This document shows, in pieces, positions 37,701 to 50,558 of a DNA stretch of 64,000 nt. The notes below the pieces were generated by a model, which was not told the origin of the DNA, made no database searches, and was given only the letters and a program-made list of their open reading frames with translations. The number at the start of each line of letters is the position of its first letter. The first letter of the stretch is position 1. This DNA comes from Eledone cirrhosa (Eukaryota): the NCBI GenBank assembly GCA_964016885.1, contig OZ024743.1, forward strand, positions 277,760,001-277,824,000, given 5' to 3'. The position numbers and the translations under genes were made by a program.

Positions 37701-38420
37701 TTCCAGGTATTATTTATCTCAGTATTCAGATCATTGTCTGCTTCGGGTGGTTCCTCCGTTCTCAGGACCTCCTCACCTTCATTTCCCGCCGGCTCGCTTG
37801 TCTGGCATACTACACCCGCCATCTCCAAGCCATTCTCTCTGCTCAGTTCCTCCAGTTCTAGCTCGCTTATCCACCCATTAGTTCTTATTACCCGAGCCTG
37901 CCCGGCCAATTTTTGTTCATCTAATTTAAATAAACCAATCTCGTTCCAGATGTTATGCATCCGTCTCCTGTAGCCCCTCTCCTTGGGGTTACTTTTCAGG
38001 TAGCATTGCATAACAGTTCTATTCAATTCTTTCGTCCAGTTGGTTCTGGCCCCTTTCCTTCTTCTTCTTCCTCCAACATCAGCAGTATTTGGTTGACAGT
38101 CAGGTTCCTGCTGCTGAGCCAGGGGGCACCTGTTGGGTGAGAGTCTGTCACATGACGTTCTAGTCTCCATTTCACCGTTATTCGAACTGTTTATGTTCGA
38201 TATTTAAACACTCTTATCGAGGATTGGCGAATGTATGTTTACATAGCCATCTGTGGATCCGCCATCCCACTTGGCCCTTGTGTGGCATTATCACCACGCT
38301 GTATACGGACACACATAAACAAACAAACACACGGGCAGAAAGGGCCCCAAAAATGAATAAGCATAAGTTTCATTGTAATGTAGTATTCGAATGTCTGACT
38401 TAGTTTTTGTTTTTTAAGTT
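34704..38420 (-). mobile_element. R4/Dong-like non-LTR retrotransposon (single ORF, REL endonuclease), apparently full length
   Basis: RT followed by CCHC, RHD and PD..D..K motifs. 3' end runs into (TAA)n, 5' end abuts (GAA)n. Confidence 0.92.
34779..38170 (-). pseudogene. R4/Dong ORF (~1130 aa) split by one 1-nt deletion near 35725
   Basis: NWKSPGPDG, DYRKAFDMVPH, FQGDSLSPLLF, HLLFMDDLKL. Restoring one T gives DVDRLYLRRSEGGRGLISIEDC, joining ORF 34779-35669 with CRICGEREETVAHIVSEC, RHD and RPDLVVVDK..IVDVACP..EK. Confidence 0.9.
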
Positions 38421-38536
38421 TCTTCTTCTTCTTCTTCTTCTTCTTCTTCTTCTTCTTCTTCTTCTTCTTCTTCTTCTTCTTCTTCTTCTTCTTCTTCTTC
38501 TTCTTCTTCTTCTTCTTCTTCTTCTTCTTCTTCTTC
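38420..38536. repeat. (TTC)n microsatellite
   Basis: Direct reading. Confidence 0.97.
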
Positions 38537-38799
38537 ATCCTACTCCTTTGAAATACTTGAATTTCCCCACAAGCTTCTCCTGGATGTTAGGGTTAAGGGA
38601 GGGGCTGGAACCTGGGACTATCTAAAAGCAAAGAAACCAACAAATTGTTAGGTCCAGCTTGATCTACATGATACCATGTGAAACAGGGAAGATGAAGAGG
38701 TTGGGATCAGGTACCTGAGCACTATTGCATCCAAATTCTGAGAACTCCCTGACCAAACTGAGGACGTTAAACGGAGCAGAAACAGTTCAGCCCGGCAAT

Positions 38800-39690
38800 T
38801 TCCGTTGCAGCTGTGAAATGCTGTGGACGAAAGAAGCTCTATGTGCTACTGGGTCGTAGGAGAGCCACTAGTTTGATTAGTAAGTTAAAGTTTCCATTCG
38901 AACAATGAAGGATGTCTACAAAGCTTAACCTTGACATATGTATTCATTCGCAGTATTATAAAGTATTCAGGAAGAACATCGTTAATAAGAAGTCAATCTC
39001 GACGCTTACTATTAGGGACTTCTTTGGGATTCTTGTCTCTGAAAAACGGTGTATCCTCGTGAAGGGGATGGAATACTTTGCCAATCTCTCAAATTTGGTT
39101 AAAACATCTGATGTACAGGAGGTAGATCTAGAGGCGACGACTAACCTCTCAGAGGCTGAGGTCACCAGAATAATTAAAGCACTCAAATGTGGCAGGTCCT
39201 CAGGGGGTGGGTAATTCAATCCTAGATATTTGAAAGCTTAAATAGAGAAGGTATCTCTGGCTGAGTCGTGTGTGCCATGTAGCCTGAACCTTTAGAAAGC
39301 TATCAAAGTAATGGTAGTGAAATCAGGTGTGATAATCCCAATTTTCAAAAAGAGAGACAAGAGTGATTGCTCCAATTATAGAGGGATCTCCTTGTTAAGC
39401 CTCCCCTGTAAAGTGCAAGTCTGGAAAAGAAAATTAGGGATATTGTCGAGTCCTAACTAACTGACAAACAGTATGAATTTTGCTCTGGATGCATTACAGT
39501 CGACCAAATATTCACACTATGGCAAGTCTTCGAGGAATCGATGGAGTATTGCTAAGAGGTGTATGCTTGTTTAGTGAATCTCGAAAATGTACACGACTGC
39601 GTTCCATGGGACTTGATGTAAAAGGTTCTGTAAGAGTATTGAATTGATGGAGAGCTTCTTGTTAACTTGACGTCCCTATGTGAATTATCT
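38800..39690 (+). mobile_element. RTE-clade LINE internal fragment (decayed RT N-terminal half)
   Basis: LSEAEVTRIIKALKCGRSSG, IIPIFKKRDKSDCSNYRGISLLSLP, TVDQIFTL, with multiple stops. Confidence 0.85.
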
Positions 39691-40261
39691 AGTCATAGGG
39701 GTGTACATGAAACCATATACGATATGTTTATGTATAATATAAATACGAGAATCGTGTTATGAATATTTTTAAAGCTGATATCATATTACAATTATCTCAG
39801 TCGCGGGGAAATGTCAGAGGGTTGTTTATAAATGTTTATTCATCATCGTTGACATTTACTTATTCGTTACTGAGAAGAAGAATAGTCTAACACCTATATG
39901 ATTTTTGTGTATAAAAAAGCGGATTGAGATACTCATTTACATATAATGCAATTAAAACATTGCTTGCAGATGCATATTGGTATATAGTGTGAACTTGACT
40001 GGTTATAGGTAAATAGAAGTGACAATAACATAGCGTTGTTCATCATAGGGGTGCATATGAAAGCATATTCGATATGTTTATGAATAATAAACATACGAGA
40101 ATTTCGTTAAGAATAACCTAGTATTTGTGTTCGGATAAGTGGTGCTAAGTCGCAATATTTTACATGCGAAGTTGATAAAATATATATAATACATTTATAG
40201 ATTTGAACACTATTTCTTCATCGTGACTAAGATTTAAAAGAAAAAAGTGTTACAATAGAGA

Positions 40262-40397
40262 TTTTAACATAGGCACAAGACAAGATATTTCGGGAGAAGG
40301 ATGAGGGAGTGTAATCGATTATATCGATCCCAGTACTTGACTGGTACTTTATATTATTAACTCCACATGGATGAAAGGCAAAGTTGACCCCGGAGGT
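40262..40397 (-). mobile_element. SINE 3' half, diverged
   Basis: gatcccagtacttgactggtacttt...ggatgaaaggcaaagttgacc. Confidence 0.65.
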
Positions 40398-40884
40398 AGT
40401 TTTTTTTTTATCACAACCATTGTTGTGTTTTGTAAATATTACAATAAAGCGTAATCAGAAAAAATCGAACACCACACGAAGAAAGTATTAAAAATAAAAC
40501 ATCAGAAATTTATTTCAATATAAATTTTAGTGTTTATGAGACAATTGTTAGCAAAGAATCTTGGAAGAATATGTTATTGGAAATCGTTAAACACACAAAA
40601 CATTCAGTCTTATAGATTGTGTAATTATCAGAGAAAAACAGACAGGTATGAGGTATATATAGATATTTTATGTTTCCTATACAACGATAGATGAGTGTAC
40701 ATATGTACGCACGTGTTTGTGCGAGTCTGTGTATATACATATGGATTCTGCTATGCTTCTTTGTATATATATATATATATATATATAAACACACACACAC
40801 ACAGATATATATATAGTATACATATATATATATATACATATATACATGCATACATACATACATATACACACAAACACACACACT

Positions 40885-40924
<40 letters not shown>

Positions 40925-41631
40925 GAGATAGATGTATGCTCAAAAGAAAAACATCAAAATATAGCTTAGCACACTATAAGAAATTCCTATCTTGCAACAC
41001 AATCTCATACATTTTTCGAGTAAGTTGAATCAAAATTTCTTTTCAATATTCATCATATATATGAAAAAGCTGGTCTTTCTTGTCCCAACGCCTTCCTTTA
41101 AATGGAGGCGAGGATCGAAGAGAAATATAACCAAAATTATCCACGCCATGACAAGCTGCATTTTTTCATTGGATAGTATGAGCAAGACCACATTATACAA
41201 TACATCAATGTTTAAGTGTATAGGATATGGTTTAAAGAAGAGTTGGTTGATAATTCTAGTAAGTCGAGGGATTATATATAAGCATCAGTGTTTGTTTGCT
41301 ATCAGTTGTGTTCGCTTTTCATACGTTTATATGTTTGTATGTTTGCTGTTCATATGTAAATAATTTGATTAGATTGTTGTCGCACACATGCGCTTCACTA
41401 GTGAGAATCGTAAAGTCAGCAAACAATTTCAAATTGTAACTATAAATAGTTCAGCTAATAGATGTATCACTCGACATACATCACCTATGACCGACACCTC
41501 AGAAAATTGTATGCCATTTATAACTGTATTGAATTGGATATAGGATATACGGTATTCTCAACATCCACATTGTATATTGATTGTTTTTTGTTTGTGCTCC
41601 AATCTCTCTCTGTATCTCACACTCACACAAT

Positions 41632-41722
<91 letters not shown>

Positions 41723-41904
41723 CTCTCTCTCTCTCCCTCTCCCCCTCTTTCTCTCGTAGTGATCCCCTATGGTTGCCTGAGGAGACGGGACTGATCGTTT
41801 CTCCGTTATATTTCCTGTTGTCTTTGTCATGTTCGTCCCATTGCTTTGAAGAAATCTCTCAGAGAAGCGATATTATATATTAAAATTAAATGAGAAAAGA
41901 TTAT

Positions 41905-41985
41905 ACACCCCTGAAGAATATAGTGGATTCTTCAGTTTTTGTTGGATCCAATAATAATTATTCCCCATACGAAACCGTGAGATGT
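41905..41985 (+). ncRNA. Degenerate hammerhead-like motif (long helix II)
   Basis: acaccc CTGAAGA atatagtgga...ttccccatac GAAAC cgtgagatgt. Helices imperfect. Confidence 0.3.
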
Positions 41986-42099
41986 GGATCTATATATAAG
42001 CGAAGTTACATACAAAAATGTTTTCGTCTATCTTGTTTATACTCCCAGAATTAGAGTTTTTTCTCATTTAATTTTAATGTATATAATGTATATATAAAT

Positions 42100-42630
42100 A
42101 TAACTTTGATAGGTTTCGGCCAGTATTGGCCCAGGCCATGTCTAGCTTAATATCACCACCTGGCGAAGTCTTTCAAATCAGGATCTGGACACCATGGTCC
42201 ACTAAAGTAGAGAGTTATTTTTTACGGAGACATATTCGGGTGTAGGAGGTTTATCCGGGATTTCTTGAAGCAATTTGTCCAAAGACTTCTTGAACTTTAT
42301 GAGGTCTGTTTCCTTTTTAATATGTTTTGGTGTAATGTTAAAGAGCGCGAAGCCAATTGAGATGAAATAATTTGAGGAGCTTCAATTTTCATGATATTTT
42401 GTTTCGTGTGGGGAGACCACAGTGGACAACAGTATTCAAGGTGGGGCCGAGCAAAAGTGGACAAGATGACTTGACCAACTTTCTATGGCTCTTCTTTACC
42501 TTCTTGCGCTTGATGTATCTCTTGTAACAGTAAAGAAATATCACCAGCTTGCATAATGTGGGACACTATCTACTTCACCTGATTGTGTTATCTGATTTGT
42601 CATCATCAGCTTGTCTCATTACATAGTCAA
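42100..42630 (-). mobile_element. CR1/L2-group LINE 3' fragment
   Basis: Minus-strand STFARPHLEYCCPLWSPHTKQNIMKIEAPQ. The 3' terminus gccgaaacctatcaaagtta is also seen at 2016-2043. Confidence 0.8.
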
Positions 42631-42660
42631 TTATATATATATATATTATATATATATATA

Positions 42661-42832
42661 GGAACGAGTAGGACCCCGACGGCTGAGCTCAAGCCGTTTC
42701 GACGGCTAATTCTGAATTAGCCGTCGAAACGGCTTGAGCTCAGCCGTCGGGGTCCTACTCGTTCCTATTACCCACTCTGCTACTCTAAGTATTGAGTACT
42801 TTGGTGCCTGGTTCCTTACCACATTTCCTTCG

Positions 42833-42834
<2 letters not shown>
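42661..42834 (+). mobile_element. (TA)n-embedded fold-back element, copy 3 (perfect 52-bp arms)
   Basis: 42661-42712 is the exact reverse complement of 42714-42765. The family tail follows. Confidence 0.9.
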
Positions 42835-42902
<68 letters not shown>

Positions 42903-42918
42903 ACACATATATATATAC

Positions 42919-42950
<32 letters not shown>

Positions 42951-42952
42951 GC

Positions 42953-43004
<52 letters not shown>

Positions 43005-43006
43005 GC

Positions 43007-43064
<58 letters not shown>

Positions 43065-43198
43065 ATGCATATGTATATATATATGTATGTATATATATGT
43101 ATATATATATGTGTATACATATATATATATTTATATATACATATGTATGTATATATATGTATATATATATATTTATATGTATACACATATATATATAC

Positions 43199-43230
<32 letters not shown>

Positions 43231-43232
43231 GC

Positions 43233-43293
<61 letters not shown>

Positions 43294-43357
43294 TATACAT
43301 ACATATGTATATAAATATATATATATATACATATATATATATACATATGTATATATA

Positions 43358-43389
<32 letters not shown>

Positions 43390-43403
43390 CATATGTATAT
43401 ATA

Positions 43404-43439
<36 letters not shown>

Positions 43440-43440
43440 C
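42835..43440. repeat. Long interrupted (TA)n tract
   Basis: Direct reading. Confidence 0.97.
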
Positions 43441-44271
43441 GCAAACATACACAGCACCCTCAATACACACATAAATTGTCACACATTCGAATACGATGAA
43501 AAATACACATTGGACTCTATTAAGAAATAAGGTAAAATGAAATGTATGAAAAACAAATGATTTGAATGACAACTATATTGTTTAAGTAAGAATGACATGT
43601 GGTATCATACAAAGAGCAAAGTTGCTCTCCTGACGTCATAATTTACTTCACTTATGACATCAGTTATGACGCAACTTGCATGCATCCATCACAATTATTT
43701 ATGACGATCAAACAACACAAGCAAAGTGACAAAGAAAGCGAAAAAAGTAAAAGTAAAAATAATCAACCAAAAAACAAAAAGAAAGAGAAAAAATCGCGAG
43801 AATGAAGAGAAATCAATAGAAAGACTGAATGTAAAGGAATAGAACATTAAAGCTACTAAAATACGGAAGCCATGTTATTTTAATAATGGTTAAAGGATTT
43901 TTGTTTTAGTTTTTCATTTTTTATGTTATTTTGTGGATTGTTTTTTTTTTGTTTTTTTTGTAATATTTCTAAATTCTTTCATGTGGTTCACTAAACTCCA
44001 GTCAGCATTCTTGACGATTTAATATCGTTTTACATTTACTGAAATTAATGAGACGTCTCGCTAACTACCGACATAAATTTAATGGATTAAATCTTGTCGA
44101 GATAAATCTTTCCCCCATTTCATTTCATTCACTTCATTCATTTCTTTCATTTCAGTTCATTCATTCATTCCTTTATTCTTTATTCTTTATATATTTATTA
44201 TTTCATTAACGGCTTCTGTGTCTTCTATGCTCTTCCAGTTCACATTTTATTCCTTCTCCTACACTTCCTCA

Positions 44272-44320
<49 letters not shown>

Positions 44321-45599
44321 GCTACTACTACTGCTACTACTACTACTACTGCTACTGCTGTGATGGCGGCGGTGGAGGTGGCTGCTGCTATTGCTGCCGT
44401 TGATGATGTCGTGGTGTCAGCCATTCAATCAGTCTTTGTGAGTTACTCAGCTGCTTCAAAAGATTCTTCCAATAATGTACTGACTTTTGTTTATTTTTCG
44501 GAATAAATAAATAATAATAATAACAAAATTAAAAACAAAAATGAATGGTTAAAATTTTGTCGTGGTGTCGTGTGGTGGGCGGAAGAATGGAAGTAATTGC
44601 TAGCCGAGGTCGTGATATAGCTTCGATATTCTATATCATTTCTTCAGCACCACTTAACGGGGGAAATATGAAAGCGATTTATTTTTTCTGAAACAGGGGC
44701 CAAGAGATGTTGCGTTCTGAACTCCAGATGGATTCTCAGGTGTGCCATAACAACATACAGCATATCTTGGGCACTTTACAACTGGCTAACCCGTCCCTCT
44801 TCATGTCTGAAAACAGCAGATGTCTTCGTAAACGAAAGAGAGAGAGAGAGAGAAATAGTAATAAAAAGAGACTGAAGTAGAATAAATCCCAGCACTGGAT
44901 TGGTACTTTATTTATCGACCTTAAAAGGATGAAAGGCAAAGCTGGTATCGATAGTTTCTAGCTTAGGAAAGATGATTTTGCGTTAACCGTGTTTCGACGA
45001 CTATAAAATAGAGGAAATTGATACTTAATCAAATGAAATGCACATTTTGTTTGCCATTACCAAAGATAAAACTCAAACAATTACAACTAGAATCAAATGA
45101 AGAAGCGTTCTACACAACAACAGAAATTAGTTGTATTTGCCCTCTGGTGTCACTGAAGGCTGCGCTTTTGGTATAGTCATTTGATAAACAGATAACAGCT
45201 AACTACTGCCATAACTTAAGAGCAAGGATGAGTAAATAGCATGTGCCATGCTTTCGCTAAAGGTTTTACGTGTCCATATAGTTGCAAGGAGATAGGGGCA
45301 TCCTATCAACCATCCTACTAGTGATTTAATGGAGCATCCAGGATGTGATAGTTAGCGGGTGAGATGGCTGTCCGACACAGGACTGTTAATTTCCTTATCG
45401 ACCATGAAAGGATGAAAAGCAAACTGGATCTCGGCGGGTTTTGAACACAGAACACAGATAGCGAAAACAAATGTCGCAATGCATTTTATCCACAATTTTT
45501 TCTGTAGCAATGTTTTGGTCACACACAGTAAACACGATTCAGTTTTTCGCTTTTTTATGTTATTCCTCCCTGTACATTTCATTATCATCCGTATCACTC

Positions 45600-45980
45600 T
45601 CACCACCACGACCACCACGACCACCACTGCCGCCACCACGACCACCACCTCAACCACCACAACCACAAACACCACCACTGCCACAAACACCACCACCACC
45701 ATCACTACTGCCACCGCCACCGCCATAACCACTACTAAAACCACTACAACCCGCCACCCCCACCCCACTGTCACCACCACCACTGCCATCGCCATCACAA
45801 CCACCACTACCACCACCACCACCACCACTACCACCACCAAAGCCACCACCACCACCAACACCAACACAACCAAAGCCACCACGACCACCATAACCACTAC
45901 TACAACCACTACTACAACAACCACCACCACCACCACCACTACCACCACTACCACCACTACCACCACAAACACCACTGCCA
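45600..45980. repeat. (CAC/CAA)n trinucleotide tract
   Basis: Direct reading; the poly-T/V ORFs are artefacts. Confidence 0.95.
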
Positions 45981-46222
45981 CTTAGTGACTTAGTGGTTTG
46001 TGTGTTCGTCAAACGATCGAAATGTTGTGATTTCGAATCGCAGCTACGCTTTCTGTTACTATGCAAGGCAATTTATTTCTCAGCTGGCAAAAATGAGTTG
46101 TACTTTTAAACCATTGAGTCAGCCATGTATGACATCAAATCTCCCTGAGAACTACGTTAAGGGTACAGTCTCTGTTCCATTAATCGCATCACCTGGAACA
46201 CTCGATGGAGGGTCAACACGAA
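45977..46222 (+). mobile_element. tRNA-derived SINE, second family
   Basis: Head gtgacttagtggtt.g.gtgttcg...ttcgaatc; body shared with 13865-14062. Confidence 0.65.
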
Positions 46223-46249
46223 ATAAAATATTGACATTAGTTCCTTCTT

Positions 46250-47400
46250 TTTTTATTATTCTTTTATATTGATTTTAGTTCTTTACTATTCTTGTTTTAT
46301 ATTCACTTTAGTATTGTTTTTCTATATTATTTTATATTCACTTCAATTCTTTCTTTTTCATTATTGTTTTATAATTAATTTCAGATCTTTATTTTTACAA
46401 TAATATTTTATGTTGAGTTAGGATATCTTTTAGCATTATCATTTAATATTGACTCCAGATAGTTTAAATTATTGTTTATATACTCTTCAGATCTTATTTA
46501 TTTGTAGTTACATTCGTTTTATGTATACTTTTGTTTCATATTAAAGTTATATCTTTATAAATATAACCGAGACTCTACCAACATATATAAATATATACAC
46601 ATATCTAATATGTAGACATGTAAACATGCCAAAAAATACTAATTTGCCTTTGAATTTAAAAAATAAAAAATGATAAACATCTCTAATCGCGTTTCAGATC
46701 TTATTGCATCCTCACCAGAAGACATGTATATTATCCAATCAACCACAAGGAAACATGTATTTGATGGGTATATATATACATTCGCTCTTATTATTATTCT
46801 GAAATAGAATGGACATACTAATTTGCATATATTTATCGCTCGTGTTGGTAATTTATTAAGATTTATACTATTTAGTTTTATCTATACTTCCTTTCAATTG
46901 CTCACAATTCTTTGTATTTGCCCCAGCTCTTTTTTTATTATTGCTTTATAATCACTTCGGTTCTTTATCATTACTGTTTTATATTGTCTATATGTTATTA
47001 GCATTATTGTTTTATATTCACTTCATCTGTTTATCATTACTGTTTTATATTGAATTCGGTTTTTGTTTGCGTTATTGTTATATATTGATTTTAGTTCTTT
47101 ACTGTGGTATATATCGATTTCAGTTTTTATTATATTATTTTATGTATTAACTTCCGTTGTTTATCATTATTATTTTATATTCACTTCAATTATTTATCGT
47201 CGTTATATATATTGACATTTTGGTTTTCATTACCGGTTTATATTTACTTCACTTCTTTTTTTAGTTAGTGTTATATAGTAATTTCAGATTTTTACATCAG
47301 TCTTTTTATATTGATTTTAGGTTTTTCTCATATTTGTTTTGTATAGATATCAGGTTTTATATTATTGTTTATATGGTTTTCAGTTTATTTTATTGGACAC
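46250..47400. repeat. Degenerate T-rich minisatellite (~30-bp unit ttattgttttatattcacttcagttct), interrupted at ~46560-46920
   Basis: Recurrent ttttatattca/gattt.ag units. Confidence 0.6.
46678..46726 (-). ncRNA. Degenerate minimal hammerhead
   Basis: Minus: catgtctt CTGGTGAG gat gcaataag atc t GAAACGCG att agagatg. One core substitution; palindromic cgcg helix III. Confidence 0.45.
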
Positions 47401-48659
47401 TGTTTTTTATTTCTGTGGCCAAGTGTGTAGAGTGTTGAACTCACGATCTTAAGGTCGTAGGTTCAAATTCAGGACAGGGTGGCACGTTGTGTTTCTGACC
47501 ACAGTGCTTCGTTTTACGTTGCTTTAGATGAAAAGATTGGGGCGTCTTCTGAACTTAAAACATCGAGGAAACCACCTAAGAGTCAAATCATTGAAAAAGA
47601 CCAGCTAAAGAATCATAGTTGTGAGTAGTACATTGCATTTTTTATTTCAAATCTTTGTGTTTAGCCTATTCACCTTTTTGTGAAGAAAACTAAACTCGTG
47701 TTGTCATGGGTAACCTTCACACTCTTAAATGGGAGTTACACGGCAGCAGTAAACAAGTAAAGAATGACAAATTTTCAAATAAATATTTCTGCCAATGAAT
47801 AGTTTTCAGCTCTTGCCTTTTTTCAGTGAAACAGAAAAGACTCATGTTGTCATTGGTAACGCTCACCTCTTACAAGTGTAGAATGGCCAATTTGCTAGCA
47901 GTTATTGATTATCATCGCAACCAATCTTTCTAAAATGGTCGTTCATCTAAACAACTTAAATTAAATAAATGTCCGAACTTTAAGTGCATCACCCATGTAA
48001 TTTGACAGAATATAGTATTTTTTAAGCCAATTGTCTGTAACTAATTCAGTGCTTATTGACCTGGAAAATCGTGGTGGAACATGAATACAAATATTTTGTT
48101 GAAACAGGATTATAGGATTACAAACACAAGGAGAGTAAAATATGAATTCGCAACAGGAAATAAGAACACGCATTGATATTCTAGCTATGACGTAGGTAAT
48201 ATTATTAAATTGATAAATCGGAGATAGAAGCGGAGCAAGAGGCATGAGAACAGGCTGATGAGAGAGAGAAGAGGAAAAAAAGTGGAGTAAAAGCGTGGCC
48301 TATAATGCTTACAATACTTTCCATATTTGCGAGGCAGATATCGTTGTTGTCTTGCTGATTCCCATCGACGAAAAAAAAAAAAAGAAAAAACGTTTAAACT
48401 ATGACAACATTTCTGAGTTGCTGTTCTTTGAAGAACGTTAGAAGACGTTAGCATTAGTCGGGTTTCAACGGAAGTTATATGCAGTTTGTTAGTTCTGACG
48501 GACTTATGCCGTTGCAGCAGCAGTATAAGGGGATAAGGAAACATCATATATATTGATAAATGATTGTAATGTATTGGGCTTCTTACCATCAGTTAGAGCA
48601 TTATGTGTCTATAGTTTACATATCAGGTTTATTTATAATAGTTTATAACTTTGCCTATT

Positions 48660-49640
48660 AATCCGTATGGTGAGCAAATGGGGTCCCACGTGCTGGCCTC
48701 CCCACAACCCCAGCGGACAGGATGGAGAAGGCGTTTCTCCGGAGGATGGTAAGGGAGATGCGCTGGAAAAGCCATTCCAACTCGCGAGGCTCACACCTGT
48801 GGTTGGCCAGCTCAGCGCCTATGGTGTTGAATAGGGAGGTAGCCCTAGAGCCAAGGACACAAGGAGTCTCCACTGCCAAAGGCACGACCACAAACCGATC
48901 GGAGAGCGACCGGTACTTGGAGAGTTTGGCGTCCTCAGCGCGACGTGCAGCAATACCTGGGTTAGTCGCAGACTGCACCAGGTTGCGGCTGGAGAAAGTG
49001 TCGCTGCAAGTGGCATCTCAGACGAGGGGTTTGCCACCGCGAAACGGGAAGATGGTCATACTGTCTGGCCTTTTGCCATCCCCTTGGTCCAGCCCCACCG
49101 GCTCGAGCTGTGAGGGGAAGCCTGCATCGTCCAATCCATGCTTAATGACCTCGTTGAGGGCAGCATGGCGTGGAAGGCGGCCGGCACTGTGGCGACAGGA
49201 AAGCGGCTGGAGGCCGAAAGAGTCCGCGGTGGATCCACAGTGACATTTATGTGGCTCGCAGATCCGGAAACGCCGATGCGCAAGCTATCGTTATCCAGCT
49301 GCGTGCCAGTGGAGAAGGAGGGCAAGGCATGGAGCCAGGCACCTCTGTGGGGTTTGGAGGCCGCGCGAAAACAGGCAAGGCGGTGGTGGTCGAGCTGGTG
49401 CGTGAGTCTGTCTGAGGCCAGGCTGCACTGGATGGCATCCCATACTCTTTGGGGAGACTTGATTTCAGCAGGGGGAGAAGGAGGAGGGACGTCTACTGGG
49501 CTAATCCCAGCCTGTCCTAGGTCTCACAGGCGACCTCACGTTCCCTGAACACAGAGGGTTCTATTGTGTTTTGGAGAACCCTACTGACGAGGACGCGGCA
49601 GGAGGTTACCGATGAAAGAAACGCGCAGCTGGCATATCTA
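48660..49640 (-). mobile_element. CRE-clade (REL-type) non-LTR retrotransposon, 3' part, decayed
   Basis: AFLSSVTSC, GAWL.A.P....GTQLDNDSLRI, RHAALNEVIK, RPDSMTIFPF..GKPLV*DATCSDT, AEDAKLSKY...VPLAVET...LFQRISL.I.R.NA.SIL. Confidence 0.85.
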
Positions 49641-49651
49641 AGAACTGATTA

Positions 49652-49707
49652 ACTGCCTGATGAGGTCATAGCCATTCAATGGCTATCATCGAAATATATA
49701 TAGCAGT
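49652..49707 (+). ncRNA. Minimal type I hammerhead ribozyme with intact core
   Basis: actgc CTGATGA ggt c atagccat tca atggctat c atc GAAA tatata TA gcagt: helix I actgc/gcagt, long helix II, palindromic helix III. Followed by aataaa and then (TA)n. Confidence 0.8.
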
Positions 49708-50040
49708 AAATAAAGGATTATGAGTTCATGAAATTGACTTATGTTTCGTCACTATATATATATATATATATTTCCTGTTATATCAAGCGTTAATCTAATA
49801 TATACCTTCCATATACTGTACCGATTGTGTTGTTATTTCTGTTTTCCTTTTACACCCCCACCCCCCACACACACATATATATATATGGGATTTATTCACA
49901 ATTCGACAACATGGCCACACTGTTTCAATAAAAGGAATATTTTATAAGCATCATCTTATTACTAATTATAAGCAGCATAGAAAAACCCAAATTATTTAAA
50001 GCATTAAGAAAGCCGATACCTTACTGCATGCTTACCCATA

Positions 50041-50230
50041 AATAATTGTTTCTACTTTTGGTACAAGGCCAGAAATTACCCAGTTCATTACTGGTACTTT
50101 ATTTTATCGACCCGGTAAGGATGAAAGGCAAAGTTAACCTCGACGGGATTTGAACTCAGACCGTAAAGGGACGTAACTATGCTGGAAAGCATGGCGTCCG
50201 ACCCTCTACTGATACTGCCAATTCACCGCC
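50041..50230 (-). mobile_element. SINE, dominant family, full length
   Basis: Near-identical to 20961-21143. Confidence 0.9.
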
Positions 50231-50518
50231 CTTACCAATAAATAATAGTATATTAAAAAATAATATGCGTTCTCTAGGACTCAAGGTGGAAACCACAACT
50301 AATTATCAAAATTAAGCAATGAAATACCACAAAACAAGAAAATAATTCAGTCTGAAGAAGTAAGTTAAAAGCTGAAAGTTGTCGTCTTCGAAAAATATAA
50401 CATTCTACGCACATATTGAGTGCTCATGCAATTAATATTTGCCTTGTTCTACGTATATAATTACACACATAATTACACACACAACACACGAGCCACACAC
50501 ACACACACAAACACACAA

Positions 50519-50558
<40 letters not shown>

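Noticed and set aside
38171-38420. HDV-like ribozyme in the R4/Dong 5' UTR (and cctcctcgtg at 28724 in Tx1)
   Set aside because: I could not build the nested double pseudoknot by eye; the Tx1 motif folds as a simple hairpin.
40992-41363. 123-aa plus-strand ORF
   Set aside because: No recognisable motif, a TTG start, and compatible with chance in AT-rich DNA.
42100-42160. Hammerhead-like ggcc...ggccgaaac on the minus strand
   Set aside because: No CUGANGA; it is the 3' terminus of the CR1-like LINE, repeated with an atcaaagtt tail at 2016-2043.
49583-49630. ctgacgag...gaaacgcg second hammerhead
   Set aside because: No helix II or helix I pairing, and it is the antisense of CRE coding sequence (AFLSSVTSCRVLVS).
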